NCBI GenBank assembly: GCA_024137785.1
Contig: JAHRHZ010000042.1
Location: 24,486,128 to 24,550,127, forward strand
From: Ginglymostoma cirratum
Lineage: Eukaryota
Reading direction: 5' to 3'
DNA length: 64,000 nt
The position numbers were made by a program, and so were the translations under genes. Shown here in pieces: positions 36,677 to 49,277 of the stretch (positions are counted from its first letter, which is position 1; each line of letters begins with the position of its first letter). The notes below the pieces were generated by a model, which saw nothing but the letters and a program-made list of their open reading frames with translations, was not told where the DNA came from and ran no database searches.

Positions 36677-36960
36677 GGGTGGCATAGTGGCTCAGTGGTT
36701 AGCACTGCTACCTCACATGCCAGGGACCCAGGTTCAATTCCAGCCTTGGGTGACTGTCTGTGTGGAGTCTGCACATTCTGCCTGTGTCTGCGCGGGTTTC
36801 CTCCCACAGTCCAAAGATGTGCAGGTTAGGTGTATCGGCCATACTAATTTGTCCATTGTGGGAAATGCAGGGATAGGGTAGGGGGTGGGATGCTTTTCGG
36901 AGGTTCAGCGTGGACTTGATGGGCTTAATGGCCTGCTTCCACACTGTAGGGATTCTGTAT
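36677..36960 (+). mobile_element. HE1-type V-SINE
   Basis: A-box tggctcagtggtt, B-box ggttcaattcc, V-domain ctgtgtggagtctgcacattct...gggtttcctcccacagtccaaagatgtgcaggttagg, CR1-like 3' tail. Confidence 0.9.
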
Positions 36961-38221
36961 GTATGGGCACACATGTGCAACAGGTTTTAGTCACATTGCC
37001 TTAAATTTTGGGTTTGACACGATTCTGGGTCTGACTTTGAGCTCCTCCTCTGGCTCAGTTTATTTTCCTTTTCCCGAGTCCACACCCGGGTTTAACGAAT
37101 CAAGAAGAGTGAGCATCAATTGTAAGCAGAATCATTTCTTTGCCATCCTGTTATCCCCGACACTCACACTCCTTCATCTTGGGTGTCCAAACGCTGCCTT
37201 CAAGCCAGTGTTTAGAAGCATGTCGCATTTTGGATTACTTGTGGAACCTTATAACGTGACAATATTTAATACCTAACTTGACACAAGATTTATTTTGCTA
37301 ACTTGGCCACCAAACAGTACAAAACGGTGACACTTGTTCTGAAATCTTGAAGATTTTGCTTAATCTCCCTTTCTGCCTCACTCTGTCCAGAGTCTCAATG
37401 CTCAACTGGGTTTTCCCTGAATGCAATTTCAGTGGCCAATCTACTCCGATTACCTCTGCTTTTAGGTTTCTGCCGAAATGGGCTTGGTGCCTGAGCCTTG
37501 TTGGCAGCAGCCCTGTCTTCCTTTATAGTGTGTCAGAGCAGCCAATTTGGATTTACAACACAAAAAGCCACATTGATTGATGGAGTGGGTCCCTGGTGTT
37601 TTGGCAATGAGCCCACCCTAAAAAATGTGGAGATAGTAAGGAAGTTACCAATAATTAATCACGGGAGAGGTGCGTAAAACACCAAGCTATGGAAATGGAG
37701 AACAGCTGATCACTGTTCCTCCTTCTTTTGAAGGCATTTGGTGACATTCCTGATTGCATTCTCCATTGATGGATGATCTAAATCAGCTCTTCATCCTTGT
37801 TATTTGTGTCAAGTGAATGTTTGAGAAGTGAGAAAGGATTTCTGAAAGAATTGCAAGAAAACAAAATGACTCCCAATAAATCCAAAATTAATTGATACAA
37901 TATCATAAAAGATTAAACACAAATAAAATTGTGAAAAAAAACGTTTTCAAGACACATTAATTTCAATGATATTTCAAAAACTGAAGACCAGATGTTTGAG
38001 AAATACATGACATGACTGCACAATAAATTAGCAATGAGTAGAGCTCAACAGAAGAGTGATTTCAAAAACATCAAATGTGTAGTCTAATGGCTTCTTCTGA
38101 ACCACAAATGCATGTTCTATTAACTAACATGGCAATTTATTTCCTTAAGGCTTCCAATGTGACATTCCACAAACAGTTAAAAGGACAAAAACTGATTGAC
38201 ATGCAACTATCTTGTTTTAAG

Positions 38222-38430
38222 GATAATGAGGTAAGAAATAGGGAGAGAGTGCAGCTGAACACATGGCTACAGGACTGGTGTAGGAGGGAGGGCTTCCATT
38301 ATGCGGACAATTGGAGCACATTCTGGGGAAGGTGGGACCTGTACAGTAAGGACAGGTTGCAGCTGAACCGGAAGGGCACAAATATCCTGGGAGGGAGGTT
38401 TGATAGAGCTGCAAGGGATGGTTTAAACGA
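38222..38430 (+). pseudogene. CR1 ORF1 C-terminus (SGNH-esterase-like)
   Basis: RNRERVQLNTWLQDWCRREGFHYADNWSTFWGRWDLYSKDRLQLNRKGTNILGGRF; D.LHLN..G block V with His changed to Gln. Confidence 0.85.
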
Positions 38431-38559
38431 GATTAGCAGGGGGTGGGGAACCGGATTTATAATTCAGAGGATGAGGTATGTGGCCTTCCTACAGACCCAA
38501 CAGGGAGTGAGGTGGTTTATAAAGAAATGCGGTCGATGGAGCATAATTGCGGACACCGA

Positions 38560-41300
38560 GATGGTTTGAGGTGTGTATACTTCAATGCTAGGAGTATCAG
38601 AAATAAAGCTGACGAACTTAGAGCATGGGGCGGTACCTGGAACTACAATTTTGTGGCCATTACAGAAACTTAGGTAACTCAGGGAGAGGAATGGTTGTTG
38701 GAAGTTACAGGATTTAGATGCTTTAAAAGAAATAGGGAGGGTGGAAAAAGAGGTGGGGGAATGGCATTGCTAGTCAGGATGAGTATAGCAGCTACTGAAA
38801 GGCAGTTTGAGAATGATACGTCTACAGAGTCAGTTTGGGTTGAGGTCAGGAACAAGAAAGGAGCAGTCACTTTGCTGGGGTGTTTTACAGACCCCCTCAT
38901 AGTTGCAGAGAAGTAGAGGAGCGGATTGGGAGGCAGATACTGGAAAGGTGCGGAAGTCACAGGGTTGCAGACATGGGTGACTTCAACTTTCCAAATATTG
39001 ATTGGAAACTTTTTAGTTGGAATAGTTTAGATGGAGCGGATTTTGTCCAGTGCATTCAGGCAGGATTCCTGACACAGTATGTAGATAGATCAACACGAGG
39101 AGAGGCCACTTTGGATTTGGTGCTTGGCAACGAACTGGGCCAAGTGTTAGACCTGTTGGTAGGACAGCATTTTGGCGGTAACAATCATAACTCTGTTTCT
39201 TTCACGATAGTCATGGATAAGGATAGGTACATACGGCAGTGTAAAGTTTACAACTGGGGGAAGGGTAATTACAATTCAGTTAGGCAAGAACTGGGTAACA
39301 TAAGTTGGGAACAGATGCTGTCAGGGAAGAGCACCACAGAAATGTGGAGATTGTTTAAGGAATGCATACTGCACGTGCTCGATATGTTTGCCCCGAGCAG
39401 GCAGAGAAGATGCGGTCGAGTGAGGGAGCCACGGTTCTCGAGAGAGGTTGAACGACTGGTTAAGAGGAAGAAGGATGCTTATGTAAGGTTTAGGAAAGGA
39501 GGAACGGAAAAGGCTCTAGAGGGATACAAGTTAGCCAGGAAGGAGCTGAAGAAAGGGCTTAGGAGAGCTATGAGGGGCATGAGAAAACCTTGGCGGGTAG
39601 GATCAAGAAAAACTCCAAGGCTTTTTACACGTATGTGCAGAACAAAAGAATGACCAGAGAAAGGGTAGGGCCGATCAAGGATTGTAAAGGGAATTTGTGC
39701 ACAGAGCCTAAAGAGATAGGAGAGGTCCTTAATGAGGACTTTTCTTCAGTATTCACAACTGAGAGGGACCTAGTTGTAGAGGAGGACGTTGTGAAACCGG
39801 CAGGTAGGCGAGAGGAGGTTGATGTTAGTAAAGAAGATATGCTAGGAATTCTGAGGAAGTTGTAGATAGATAAGTTCCCCGGGCCTGATGGGATTTATCC
39901 AAGGATTCTATGGGAAGCGAGGGACGAGATCGCAGGGCCTTTGGCGATGATCTTTTCGTCCTCACTGTCCACGGGTATGGTGCTTGAAGATTGGAACGAG
40001 GCAAACGTCATTCCCTTGTTCAAAAAAGGGAACAGGGATAACTCCAGAAATTACAGGCCAGTTAGTCTTACGTCAGTGGTGGGCAAATTATTGGAAAGGG
40101 CTCTGAGAGACAGGATTTATGAGCACTTGGAAAGACACAGTTTGATTCGTGATAGTCAGAATGGATTTGTGAGGGGTAGATCCTGCCTCACAAACCTTAT
40201 TGAATTCTTTGAAGAGGTGACCAAACACATGGATGAAGGTGGAGCAGTGGATGTGGTATACGCGGATTTAAGTAAGGCGTTTGATAAGGTTCCCCATGGT
40301 AGGCTCATGCAGAAGGTAAGGAGGCATGGGATAGGGGGCAATGTGGCAGATTGGATTCAGAATTGGCTGACCCTTAGAAGACGAAGGGTGGTAGTGGATG
40401 GAAAATATTCAACACGGTGCTCAGTTATGAGTGGTGTACCACAAGGATCTGTTCTGGGTCCTCTTCTATTTGTGATTTTTCGTAAATGATTTGGATGAAG
40501 GAGTGGAAGGGTGGATTAGCAAGTTCGCGGACGATACGAAGGTGGGTCACGTTTTGGACAGTGCGGAGGGCTGTTCTAGGTTACAAAGGGACATTGATAG
40601 AATGCAGAGCTGGGCTGAGAAGTGGCAGATGGAGTTTAATTCTGAAAAGTGTGAGGTGATTCATTTTGGAAGGACAAACTTGAAAGCAGAATACAGGGTT
40701 AACAAAAAGATTCTTGGCAGTTTGGAGGAGCAGAGGGATCTTGGGGTTCATGTCCACAGTTCCCTGAATGCTGCCACCCAGGTGGATAGAGTTGTTAAGA
40801 AGGCGTATGGTGTGTTAGCTTTCATTAAAAAGAGGGACTGAGTTCAAGAGCCGTGAAGTTATGCTCCAGCTATACAAAACCCTGGTTCGGCCACATCTGG
40901 AGTATTGTGTCCAGTTCTGGTCACCTCATTACAGAAAAGATGTGGAAGCACTAGAAATGGTGCAGAGAAGATTTACCAGGATGTTGCCTGGATGGAGGGA
41001 AGGTCTTACGAGGAAAGGTTGAGAGAGCGAGGGTTTTTCTCTTCAGAATGATGAAGGATGAGAGGTGACTTGATAGAGGTGTACAAAATTATCAGAGGTA
41101 TAGATAGATTAGACAACCAGAGACTTTTTCCTAGGGTGGAGGTAGCTTTTACGAGGGGACATAGTTTTAAAGTGAAAGGAGGTAGATATCGGGGAGACGT
41201 CGGAGGTAGGTCCTTTCCTCAGAGAGTGGTAGGGGAGTGGAATGCATTGCCGGAGAGGGTAGTGGAGTTGGCCTCATGGGGGCATTTAAGCAGCTATTAG
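38560..41300 (+). pseudogene. CR1 ORF2 (APE endonuclease plus reverse transcriptase), broken by frameshifts and stops
   Basis: YFNARSIRNK, VAITET, YRPP, MGDFNFP, LDLVL, NYRPVSLTS, DLSKAFDKVPH, GVPQGSVLGPLLF, KFADDTK, TRGHSFK split over about eight ORFs. Confidence 0.97.
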
Positions 41301-41599
41301 ATAGGCATATGGATGATAGTATAAGGTAGCGGTGGAGGTTAGATAGACCTTAGGTTTAGGGTAAAAGTTCGGCACAGCATCATGGGCCGAAGGGCCTGTA
41401 CTGTGCTGTACTGTTCTATGTTCTGTGTTCTATCTCCCAATCTAAGAGTAAGGTCACATCAAGAAGTGAGCCATATTCTATCTGATAAAGCAATTTTGGA
41501 GATGGTTCAAACATTCATGTGCAAGTTATTATGCCTTGGTTACCTCTCATCTTGATTATTGAAATACAATCATGGCAGTCACTTTATCTTTGACCCTCA

Positions 41600-41700
41600 G
41601 CAGTGATCTTTTCTCTCCTCAAACCAAAAAAACCCTTGATTCAACTGTGCTTGTAAAGTACCACTCCATTTCTAACCACCTATTCCTCTCCAAAGCCTGT
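41600..41700 (+). mobile_element. L2-like LINE RT fragment
   Basis: KKTLDSTVLVKYHSISNHLFLSKA resembles KKP.LD...LANYRPISNLPFLSK. Confidence 0.5.
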
Positions 41701-42855
41701 GTATGTACAGTCCCAGCCACTGGGGCTGGGTATCATATGGCAAGAGTGCGAGAAGTGATTCCTCCTAGTTAGGTATCATGTGCCCATTGGGAGTGCTCAA
41801 CCCCAATCTCCCCTTCATGAAATGGACAACTCATGCTCATTTAAACACTAAGGTCCCTTGCTCATTATCACAATTACCTTCCAATCTATCATCCTCAGCA
41901 TGGACTGATTGCAGTCCTTTAGCGATCACAACTCTCGGTGGGGTTGGCCATTTTCTTATCCAGTGGCTGTTGGAGGCAAGAAATCCTCCTTCATGGGGTG
42001 GAAGCCATAACATTTGGCACTTGACTGCCCACCGATCATAAAATCAGGACATACCCTCTCAGGAAAGCAAAAACAGGCTTGCCATTAACTTTTGAGCTGG
42101 TGGGTGGGGTTATTACTTTAGCATAAAATCCAGCCCAGGAAGAACACAGCCTCTTCAGGAAAAGCGTCATCACATTTATCCATAGTTCATCTCCACAATC
42201 TCTACAATGTTGATTGCTACAGATGTCCCACAAGCTCAAAATCCATGGTCCTTACTAAGTAATGATCCATGGTGGTATTATGCCACTACTATTCACAAGG
42301 CACCAGTGTAAAAATATAGCGATGAGCCTGTCCAATGTCATTGACCACCTCTTCAACAGTATGACCTCTCAACTTGAAGCCTGCCAGTCCTGATGAGAAA
42401 GCAAGATCAATCCAGGGTTCAGAATAAAGAATGCCTGACTAAAATCATTTCAATGGGGATTAAATTAATACCGCTGGGTTTTATGACAAATGGCAACAAT
42501 TCTGTTCCTATGAAATCCAGCCACAAAGAAAGAGACCTGCTAACGCTTTTTTTAAAAATCAAATTAAGTACGATTTGTTTTGTTTAGTTATGTTATATTT
42601 CTGTGTACTCCATTGAGGTATAAGTACAATTGCATATGAATTTTAACAATGCTGTACCTCATCTTTCACTTCGTAGTAATAACATTTAGACCTGATCATT
42701 TTCTGCATTTCATTATTACAGATGGTAATCCACCAGTTTAATTTTAGTAAAAGGATTCTTCATAATAGTGTCCTTGACCTCATGTACCGCAGAAAATGCT
42801 TTGAATTCACATCAATGCAAGGCCTCTTGAAACTTTACCTCAATCTACCATTAAT

Positions 42856-43192
42856 GAACAAAGAACAAAGAACAGTACGGCACTGGAACAGGCCCTTCAG
42901 CCCACAAGATTGCATCAATGCATGATGCCCTTCCAAACAAAAAATCTTTTGCCTCTATTTGTTCCATATCCCTCTATTCCCTGCCTGTTCATATATCTGT
43001 TAAGATGCTTCTTGAACATTGCTATTGTATCTGACTCTAGCACCTTCTCTGGCAGCACATTCCAGGTATTTACTGTTTAAAAAAACTTGTCTCTCATATC
43101 ACTTTTAAACTTACCCATGTCCCCTACTAACTGACATTTCTACCCTGGTAGAAAAGACTCCGGCTGTCCATTCTATCCATGCCTCTCATACT
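42856..43192 (-). mobile_element. CR1 3' end
   Basis: (gaacaaa)n tail in reverse complement, aacaggcccttcagccc stem; similar to 5838-6180. Confidence 0.8.
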
Positions 43193-43362
43193 TGTTTGAA
43201 AATAAGAGAAACTATACCTCCTTGACTGCATTTTATGGATGTCAAAGTTCATGTTTCTCAACTGTTTTGTTTTATTTTGTATTTGTTTCTGAATCAAGGG
43301 GTTAAAAAATATTTAGCCAACTGGGCTGTCTATTTGGAATAAATGATGTAAAGACATGGAAT

Positions 43363-44700
43363 TTTTTTATTCGTTGATGGGCTGAGGGCACCACTGGCTA
43401 GGCAGCATGATTTGCTCATCCCAGAGAGCAGTTAAGAATTGAGCACATTGTTGTGGGTCTGGAGTCATGCGTAGGCCAGACCAGGATCTGGGCAGCATCA
43501 AGCTTCTTGAGTGTTGTTGAAGCTGCACTCAACCAAGCAAGTGAGGAGTATGCCATCACACTCCTGACTTGTGCCTTGTAGAAGTTAGAGAGAAATGGCT
43601 CGTCTAGGTATGTTATGGTCGATGGTAAACCCCAGGACGTTGATCATGAGGAATTCAGCAATGGTAATACTATTCAATATGAAGGAGTGAGACACGATCG
43701 AAGTCCTCGAATTTCATGGAATATCATTGGAAAGTATTTCATATTCCCTTAAAAACAATAAACCTCTCACCATCTGTTAGAAGCCTCCAAACCAATGATA
43801 TGAAGGAAAAACATGCATTCTGCGATGTGTAAAAAAAACTTGTGATCAATTTGTGTGAAGAAACTGCATCTAAAGGATAAACTGTTATTACAACTTATTG
43901 AAACTAGCATTCATTCTCAGATGAATGAAAAACCCCGAAATAAGAGCAGAAAATACCAAAGAAAGGTCCAGAAGTGGCAGTATTTGCAGAGAAGAAACAA
44001 GATTAAGATTTTGGTTAAGGTCTCAGCTAGTTCCAGAACACAAATCCTCAATATTACAGCTGAGATGCTTTTAGAGCTCAGAGCATTGTTTGTATCCATT
44101 GCCTTTAGCTGTTTCCTGACAATTCATGGAGAATATCCGGTTGGTGAGTGACTCCTGTCATTGTGGAGATCTTGGGCAAATGCATCATCCATTTGGCACT
44201 TCTGAAGATGGCTGCAAATACATCAACCTTTTGTTTTAAACTTAGGTGCAGTGGTCTACCGTTATTGAGGATTGGTGCTCAGCAAGTCTGCTGCCTTTAC
44301 TGATTTAGTTCTAATTTAATTTTTCACCACTATTTATGTCTGTGTACACCAGAACTGCAGAATCTTAATTTGATGCACTCGTTGTGGTATCACTTAGCTC
44401 TATCCAGTGTGTGCGGCAACCACTGCTTATCATGATTAGTTTGGTGTTGTTTCATATTTAGGGATGTCTGACACCTCGTGCTCTCCCACACTCCTCATTC
44501 AATCAAGGTTCAATGGTATAGCAATGGCAGCTTGAATGATATGTTTGACCTTAATGTTACAGATTGCTACTGGTCCCCACTGACTCAGGGATACCCTGTT
44601 TTACACTGCTATATATGTTGTTAATTTATCTCATTTTAGACAATGGCAGTGCCACAGCACTTGATCGCTAGTCCACAATGTGGAGATGGGACTTGACCCG
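43363..44700 (-). mobile_element. SINE 3' part (43363-43485) joined to degraded LINE fragments of the 21.0-24.0 kb family
   Basis: ttttattcgttgatggg...cacattgttgtgggtctggagtcatgcgtaggccagaccagg, then agcttcttgagtgttgttgaagctgcactc as at 63.8 kb. Confidence 0.65.
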
Positions 44701-45882
44701 CAAAAGGATTAAATACATTTACAAACATGCTAAAATTTTAGTCCTCAGAGGAATTCGGTTTCAGGAATGCACAGCTTGGGGATGTACTGCTGACATTTAT
44801 ACTTTAGCGTTCTACTCTGGAATTCTTAATAGCATAAAACTCGGGTGATCATTGATCTGATTCTTAAAACTAAGTGGCTTCTGCTGTGATCACCAATAGA
44901 TAAAGCTTATTTAAAAAATAATGGATAGGCTTTCAGGAAATCAACATCAAAACAAGAAAAAGACCAAAACACATGTGCATTGTAAAATAATCACTTAACC
45001 TAATGAAAGTTAAAAATAGTCTTTGTTTTCTTATTTAGTAGTATCTATATTTATCGGCACAAAAGTGAGCTATTGAAGGATTTTCAAAATGGCATTCTGA
45101 GCCATGCTAAAGCATTTGGGAACTCTTACATTTTTTGTGTTAAAATCAATCTCAATTTTCCTACATAGTTGTGAGTCAAGAATATTAGACCTCTGGCAGT
45201 GCTAAATTTGGTAGCCTTTTGCTGGTTTTCATTTATCTCCACTAAACAATCCAGTTTAAGTTATTTTGACATCAGATCAATATTTATGCAACCCAACAGC
45301 GAAAATGATGGGTTTGACTCCTCTCATAGCACTTTCATTTCATCCAAATGCTTTTAATTTTTAATTCCATTTCTCGGCTTCAGGCTGATATCTGAGCAGA
45401 AGCCAAGTTCAACCTGCAATGATGTGCACGTTTTTTTTTTAATTTAAATAACTGACTCAATTCAAATACTTAATACCACTCAACTACTCCAAGGGACATG
45501 TACCTCATGATTGTTATAACTCTGCTTTCCATAATAACCAGGAATCACAGTCAAAAAATGTAAGCCTATGAAACCCCAATGAAAAATATGGCATGTCTGT
45601 GTTGCAATTGCTCAGAATTAGCTTAGTTCAATCAGTTTAATTTCTACAATAAATGCATTCTTACAAAGAATACTGCAACATTCATAAACAAGTAAGCCCT
45701 GGAATTCATTGGTTACATTGACACACTATACCAAGCCTTATGCTCGTTTCTGTGCCAGTATTTCTGCTGAAACTATTTACACAAGGTTCTGTGGCACAAT
45801 AAAGAGTGCTTAGGACTTCTACAGAGTTACTAAAGTTGTCATTCAAAAGTTGTGGGCTCTAGTCCCACCAGGCTCCAATTTA

Positions 45883-46226
45883 GGGGCGGCATTGTGGCTC
45901 AGTGATGGGCACTGCTGCTTTGCAGCACCAGGGACGCAGGTTGACTCCAGCCTTTGACAAGTGTGTTTGCATTTTCATGTTCTCCCTGTATCTGCGTGGG
46001 TTTCCTCCAGGGGCTCCAGTTTCCTCCCACACTCCAAAGATGTGTAGGTTAGGTGGACTGGCCATGCCAAATTCTCCAGGGGTGTGCAAGCTGGGTGGAT
46101 GAGCCATAAGAAATGCAGGGTTACAGGTATAGGGCAGGGGAGTAGGTCTGGGTGGGATGCTCTTCAGAGGGATGACGTGAACTCGATGGGCTGAATAGCT
46201 TGCTTCCACAATGTAGGGATTCTATG
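45883..46226 (+). mobile_element. HE1-type V-SINE
   Basis: ggggcggcattgtggctcagtg head, V-domain gcgtgggtttcctccaggggctccagtttcctcccacactccaaagatgtg, tail tgtagggattctatg. Confidence 0.9.
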
Positions 46227-46303
46227 AATGTTTGTTGCAATCCTTATTGTGCAAATAGCACAAATGCAGCATCACTCGTAAAACATAAGAGCAGAAAAAC
46301 TTT

Positions 46304-46398
46304 TGTTCTGATGAAGGTTCACTGGAATAAAAATGTTGACTCTGCTTCTCTCTACAGATGCTGTCTGACCTGCTGATTTTCTTCAGCACTTTGTTTGT
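46304..46398 (+). mobile_element. Degenerate family D mini-element
   Basis: gttctgatgaaggttcactgg...aaatgttgactctg...cagatgctgtctgacctgctga. Confidence 0.7.
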
Positions 46399-46402
46399 GT
46401 AA

Positions 46403-47993
46403 TACATAATGAATGATTTGTTCAGTCAGCAGACCAGGAGACTCATTGACCTATAAGAAAGAAATTAGCTCGTACTAAAGTGATATTAATTAAAGAAAGA
46501 TGTTAAAAACCAAGTCAAATAGGATGCTTAGGAGAACCAAATGCAACCTGGAGTTTTTAGTTTCCCTGAATGCATCAGAACGAATACTTGAAAATGCTGC
46601 ATGGCAATTTTCAAATGTGTATTTTTATATAACATATCTTTGTTTCACTACGTTATTGGCGTTTAAATTGTCACATGAGTTGTACCGCACTCACTCATTG
46701 AGCCTTAAGAACATGGTTTGCACTTTGCAGCAAATAAGCAAAGATAAAACTACATTTAGATAATGATTTATACAAGGAACTGTTCTTCCTCTTTTTCAGT
46801 GACTGAAGTCCAACAGATGAAAATAACCCTTCATGCCTTTTGGTTTCTTCATTGGTTCTGTTCGAAACTCTGCATATTCTGCCATTTTTTGAAACTTGTC
46901 AAAATCTCCTGATCTAAAATTTCTCAAGTCCTCTTGTATGTTACTGCTTTATAATTCTAATTCAAAAAATTATATTGATCAACAGTCCACATTTCTTATT
47001 CTCCATCACAAAATGAAATAATCCTGGTAAATTCTCAATGACAAGATCCCAAAATGTTAAAATACTTGGAGACACTAAGGGCTGCAGATTCTGGAAGTCA
47101 GAGTTGATAAAACGTGGAGCTGGAGGAGCACAGCAGGTCAGGATGAAGGGGCCAGACCCGAAATGTCAACTTTCCTGCTCCGGGAAAACTGACATTTCCG
47201 GTCTGGACACTTCATCCTGACCTGCTGTGTTTCTCCAGCTCCACATTTTATCAATGTTAAAATATTACTTTATTAACAAGTCTCGCTCAATGTACAGGCC
47301 AGGTCCTGTTGATGACGTTTCATAACTTAATGTACAGAAAAATTAAAACATGAAGGGGAAATATTCCGTAAACATTCTTGTGTAAACCTGGCCTTATTCA
47401 TCTTCAGGCTCAAATGTAGAGTCTGTTAAACTTGTCAGACCCTCTCTCCAGACACGTGAAAGTACAAATTTACATCAATGTCGGATAGCAACAATAAAAT
47501 GCCACTTTTTCCAGCCAGCCATAATGACTTCTTGTTAGCTTTGGAAAGTAACTTCAACATATTTAACACTTAATTCTTACCACTTATCTTTTCCATATGC
47601 ATTTCTTTCCATACGTGAAACAGATGGGTGTTCAGTTTAACCAATCATAAACCATTAAGAGAAAGGACTTTAATTGCAGCGATCTTCCTTGGCACTCAAT
47701 GATCGAGTGCTGCACAACTCATGTGACAATTTAAACACTAATCATGCTGTGAAACAAAGATATGTTATATAAAAATGAACATTTGAAAATTGCCATGCAG
47801 CATTTTCAAGTATTCGTTCTGATGCATTCAGGGAAACTAAGAACTCCAGGTTGCATTTGGTTCTCCTAAGCATCCTATTTGACTTGGTTTTTAACATCTT
47901 TCTTTAATTAATACCACTTAGTATGAGGTAATTTCTTCCTTATAGGACAATGAGTCTCCTGGTCTGCTGACTGAACAAATCAGTCAATATGTA
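46403..47993. repeat. Pair of ~300 bp inverted repeats (46403-46702 / 47695-47993) around a ~1 kb spacer
   Basis: Direct reverse-complement match, e.g. gaatgcatcagaacgaatacttgaaaatgctgcatggcaattttcaaatg at 46.57-46.62 kb versus its complement at 47.78-47.83 kb. Confidence 0.95.
47065..47252. mobile_element. Palindromic family-A-related mini-element with 12 bp TSD
   Basis: aatgttaaaata at 47053-47064 and 47253-47264; arms 47104-47175 / 47182-47254. Confidence 0.8.
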
Positions 47994-48174
47994 GGGAATT
48001 GTAATTACCACTGACATGTTTTAAAAAATGAATATATTGCACATTTGGTACAATTTAAAGGATTGTACACTTAAACTGTTCCAGAGATCTAACACTGTTT
48101 TGGACTTATGCTTTCTGAGGGCTGGATATGCAACTTGCATATGAATTCTATTCAAATTAAATGCTATCAATAAT

Positions 48175-49277
48175 ACAAACACAATCTCTCTCCTTCAACC
48201 TATGGACCATGGTGTAATAGAAGCGTTTAAAGCTTATTATTTAAGGCACATATTTAAGAGGCTGATTGCAGCCACTGAGGGGGATAACGACAGTGTTCTT
48301 CAGTTTTGGAAGAGTTTTAACATCAAGAATACAATTGACATTATCGTGGAGACCTGGAGTGATGTCAGTAAGGACTGCTTGCATGCAGTTTGGCAGAAGC
48401 TTATCCCAGGTTTTTTTCAAGATTTTAAAGGCTTTGATCCATCAGAGGAGCTCCCAAGAATCAAAGAACATTGTGTTGATATGGCAAAGCAAGTTGGATT
48501 TGAAGAAGTCGAGAGTGAGGGTGTTGAAGAGCTGCTGGAGTCCTACTGTGAAGACCTCCCTACAGCTGATCTGCAACAACTTGTCACTGAGGGGATAATG
48601 GAAGGCAGAGATGAAGAAGATGAAGTCCAGGATGCAGCACCACCAGACATTTCCACTTTTGTTTTGTCTTCTATCCTGAGGGAGGTTGAGAAGCAATTGC
48701 AGCTCTGAGAGGACAATGATTACAATGCAGAATGCAGCAGGGTAGCAGTTTGTGAAATAAGATCTTATTCGACACCCTGTGAACAGCTTCTTCATGAAAG
48801 ACGACAAAGGGAAAAGCAACAAAAACTGAATGTCTTTTTTAAGCCACCCCCAAGAAACAGTCAGAGGGCAATAGGCAATAGCCAGCCACTTCTGGATTAA
48901 CTATTTTTTCACGCCAACCATGTACCACAACTGCACCTGTAAGTGATGATGATGATGATGATGGCAACCGTTAGCCCCAGCATTAACAGCAGAGCAACCT
49001 CAAAACCTCTTCCCCAATCAAATCATCTTGACATTTTTCAAGGTAAGGTGTTAGATGTACTTTTATTTCATTATTGGATATGAATTAAACATTTATTCAA
49101 ACTGTGCTATCCTCTGTGTTCAGCTTTTGAGTGAATTTTGAACGATTTTGAGATACTTTTTGGTGGTCTGCCCCAATTCCGCTTTTCCCATTGGCCACAT
49201 TATTTCTTTGGCATGATTTTTTATGACATGCTGTTGCACAGGAACGCAACTATCATGATATAGCAGAACCGACTGTA
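48175..49277 (+). mobile_element. Tigger/pogo DNA transposon 3' half (DDE_1 transposase C-terminus and right TIR)
   Basis: NTISLLQPMDHGVIEAFKAYYLR...FWKSFNIKNTIDIIVETWSDV...AVWQKL is the Tigger PNTTSLLQPMDQGVI..FK..Y motif; ends gcagaaccgactg followed by TA (49276-49277). Confidence 0.9.

Larger units (their letters stand above)
38222..41432 (+). mobile_element. Near-complete CR1/HER1-type LINE, 5'-truncated within ORF1
   Basis: ORF1 end, complete ORF2 span, 3' stem gggccgaagggcctgtactgtgctgtac and (tgttcta)n tail. Confidence 0.97.

Noticed and set aside
36677-36750. tRNA genes at SINE heads (also 45883, 57900, 21440, 22860)
   Set aside because: A/B boxes are present but continue into SINE bodies, with no complete cloverleaf or terminator
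44538-44560. tgatatgtttga resembling the miR-190 5' end
   Set aside because: Match stops after 12 nt, no hairpin, lies in a degraded LINE
48202-48708. 168 aa Tigger ORF as a domesticated TIGD/JRK-like gene
   Set aside because: Lacks the N-terminal HTH and most of the DDE domain, has a premature stop, and is followed by a TIR plus TA
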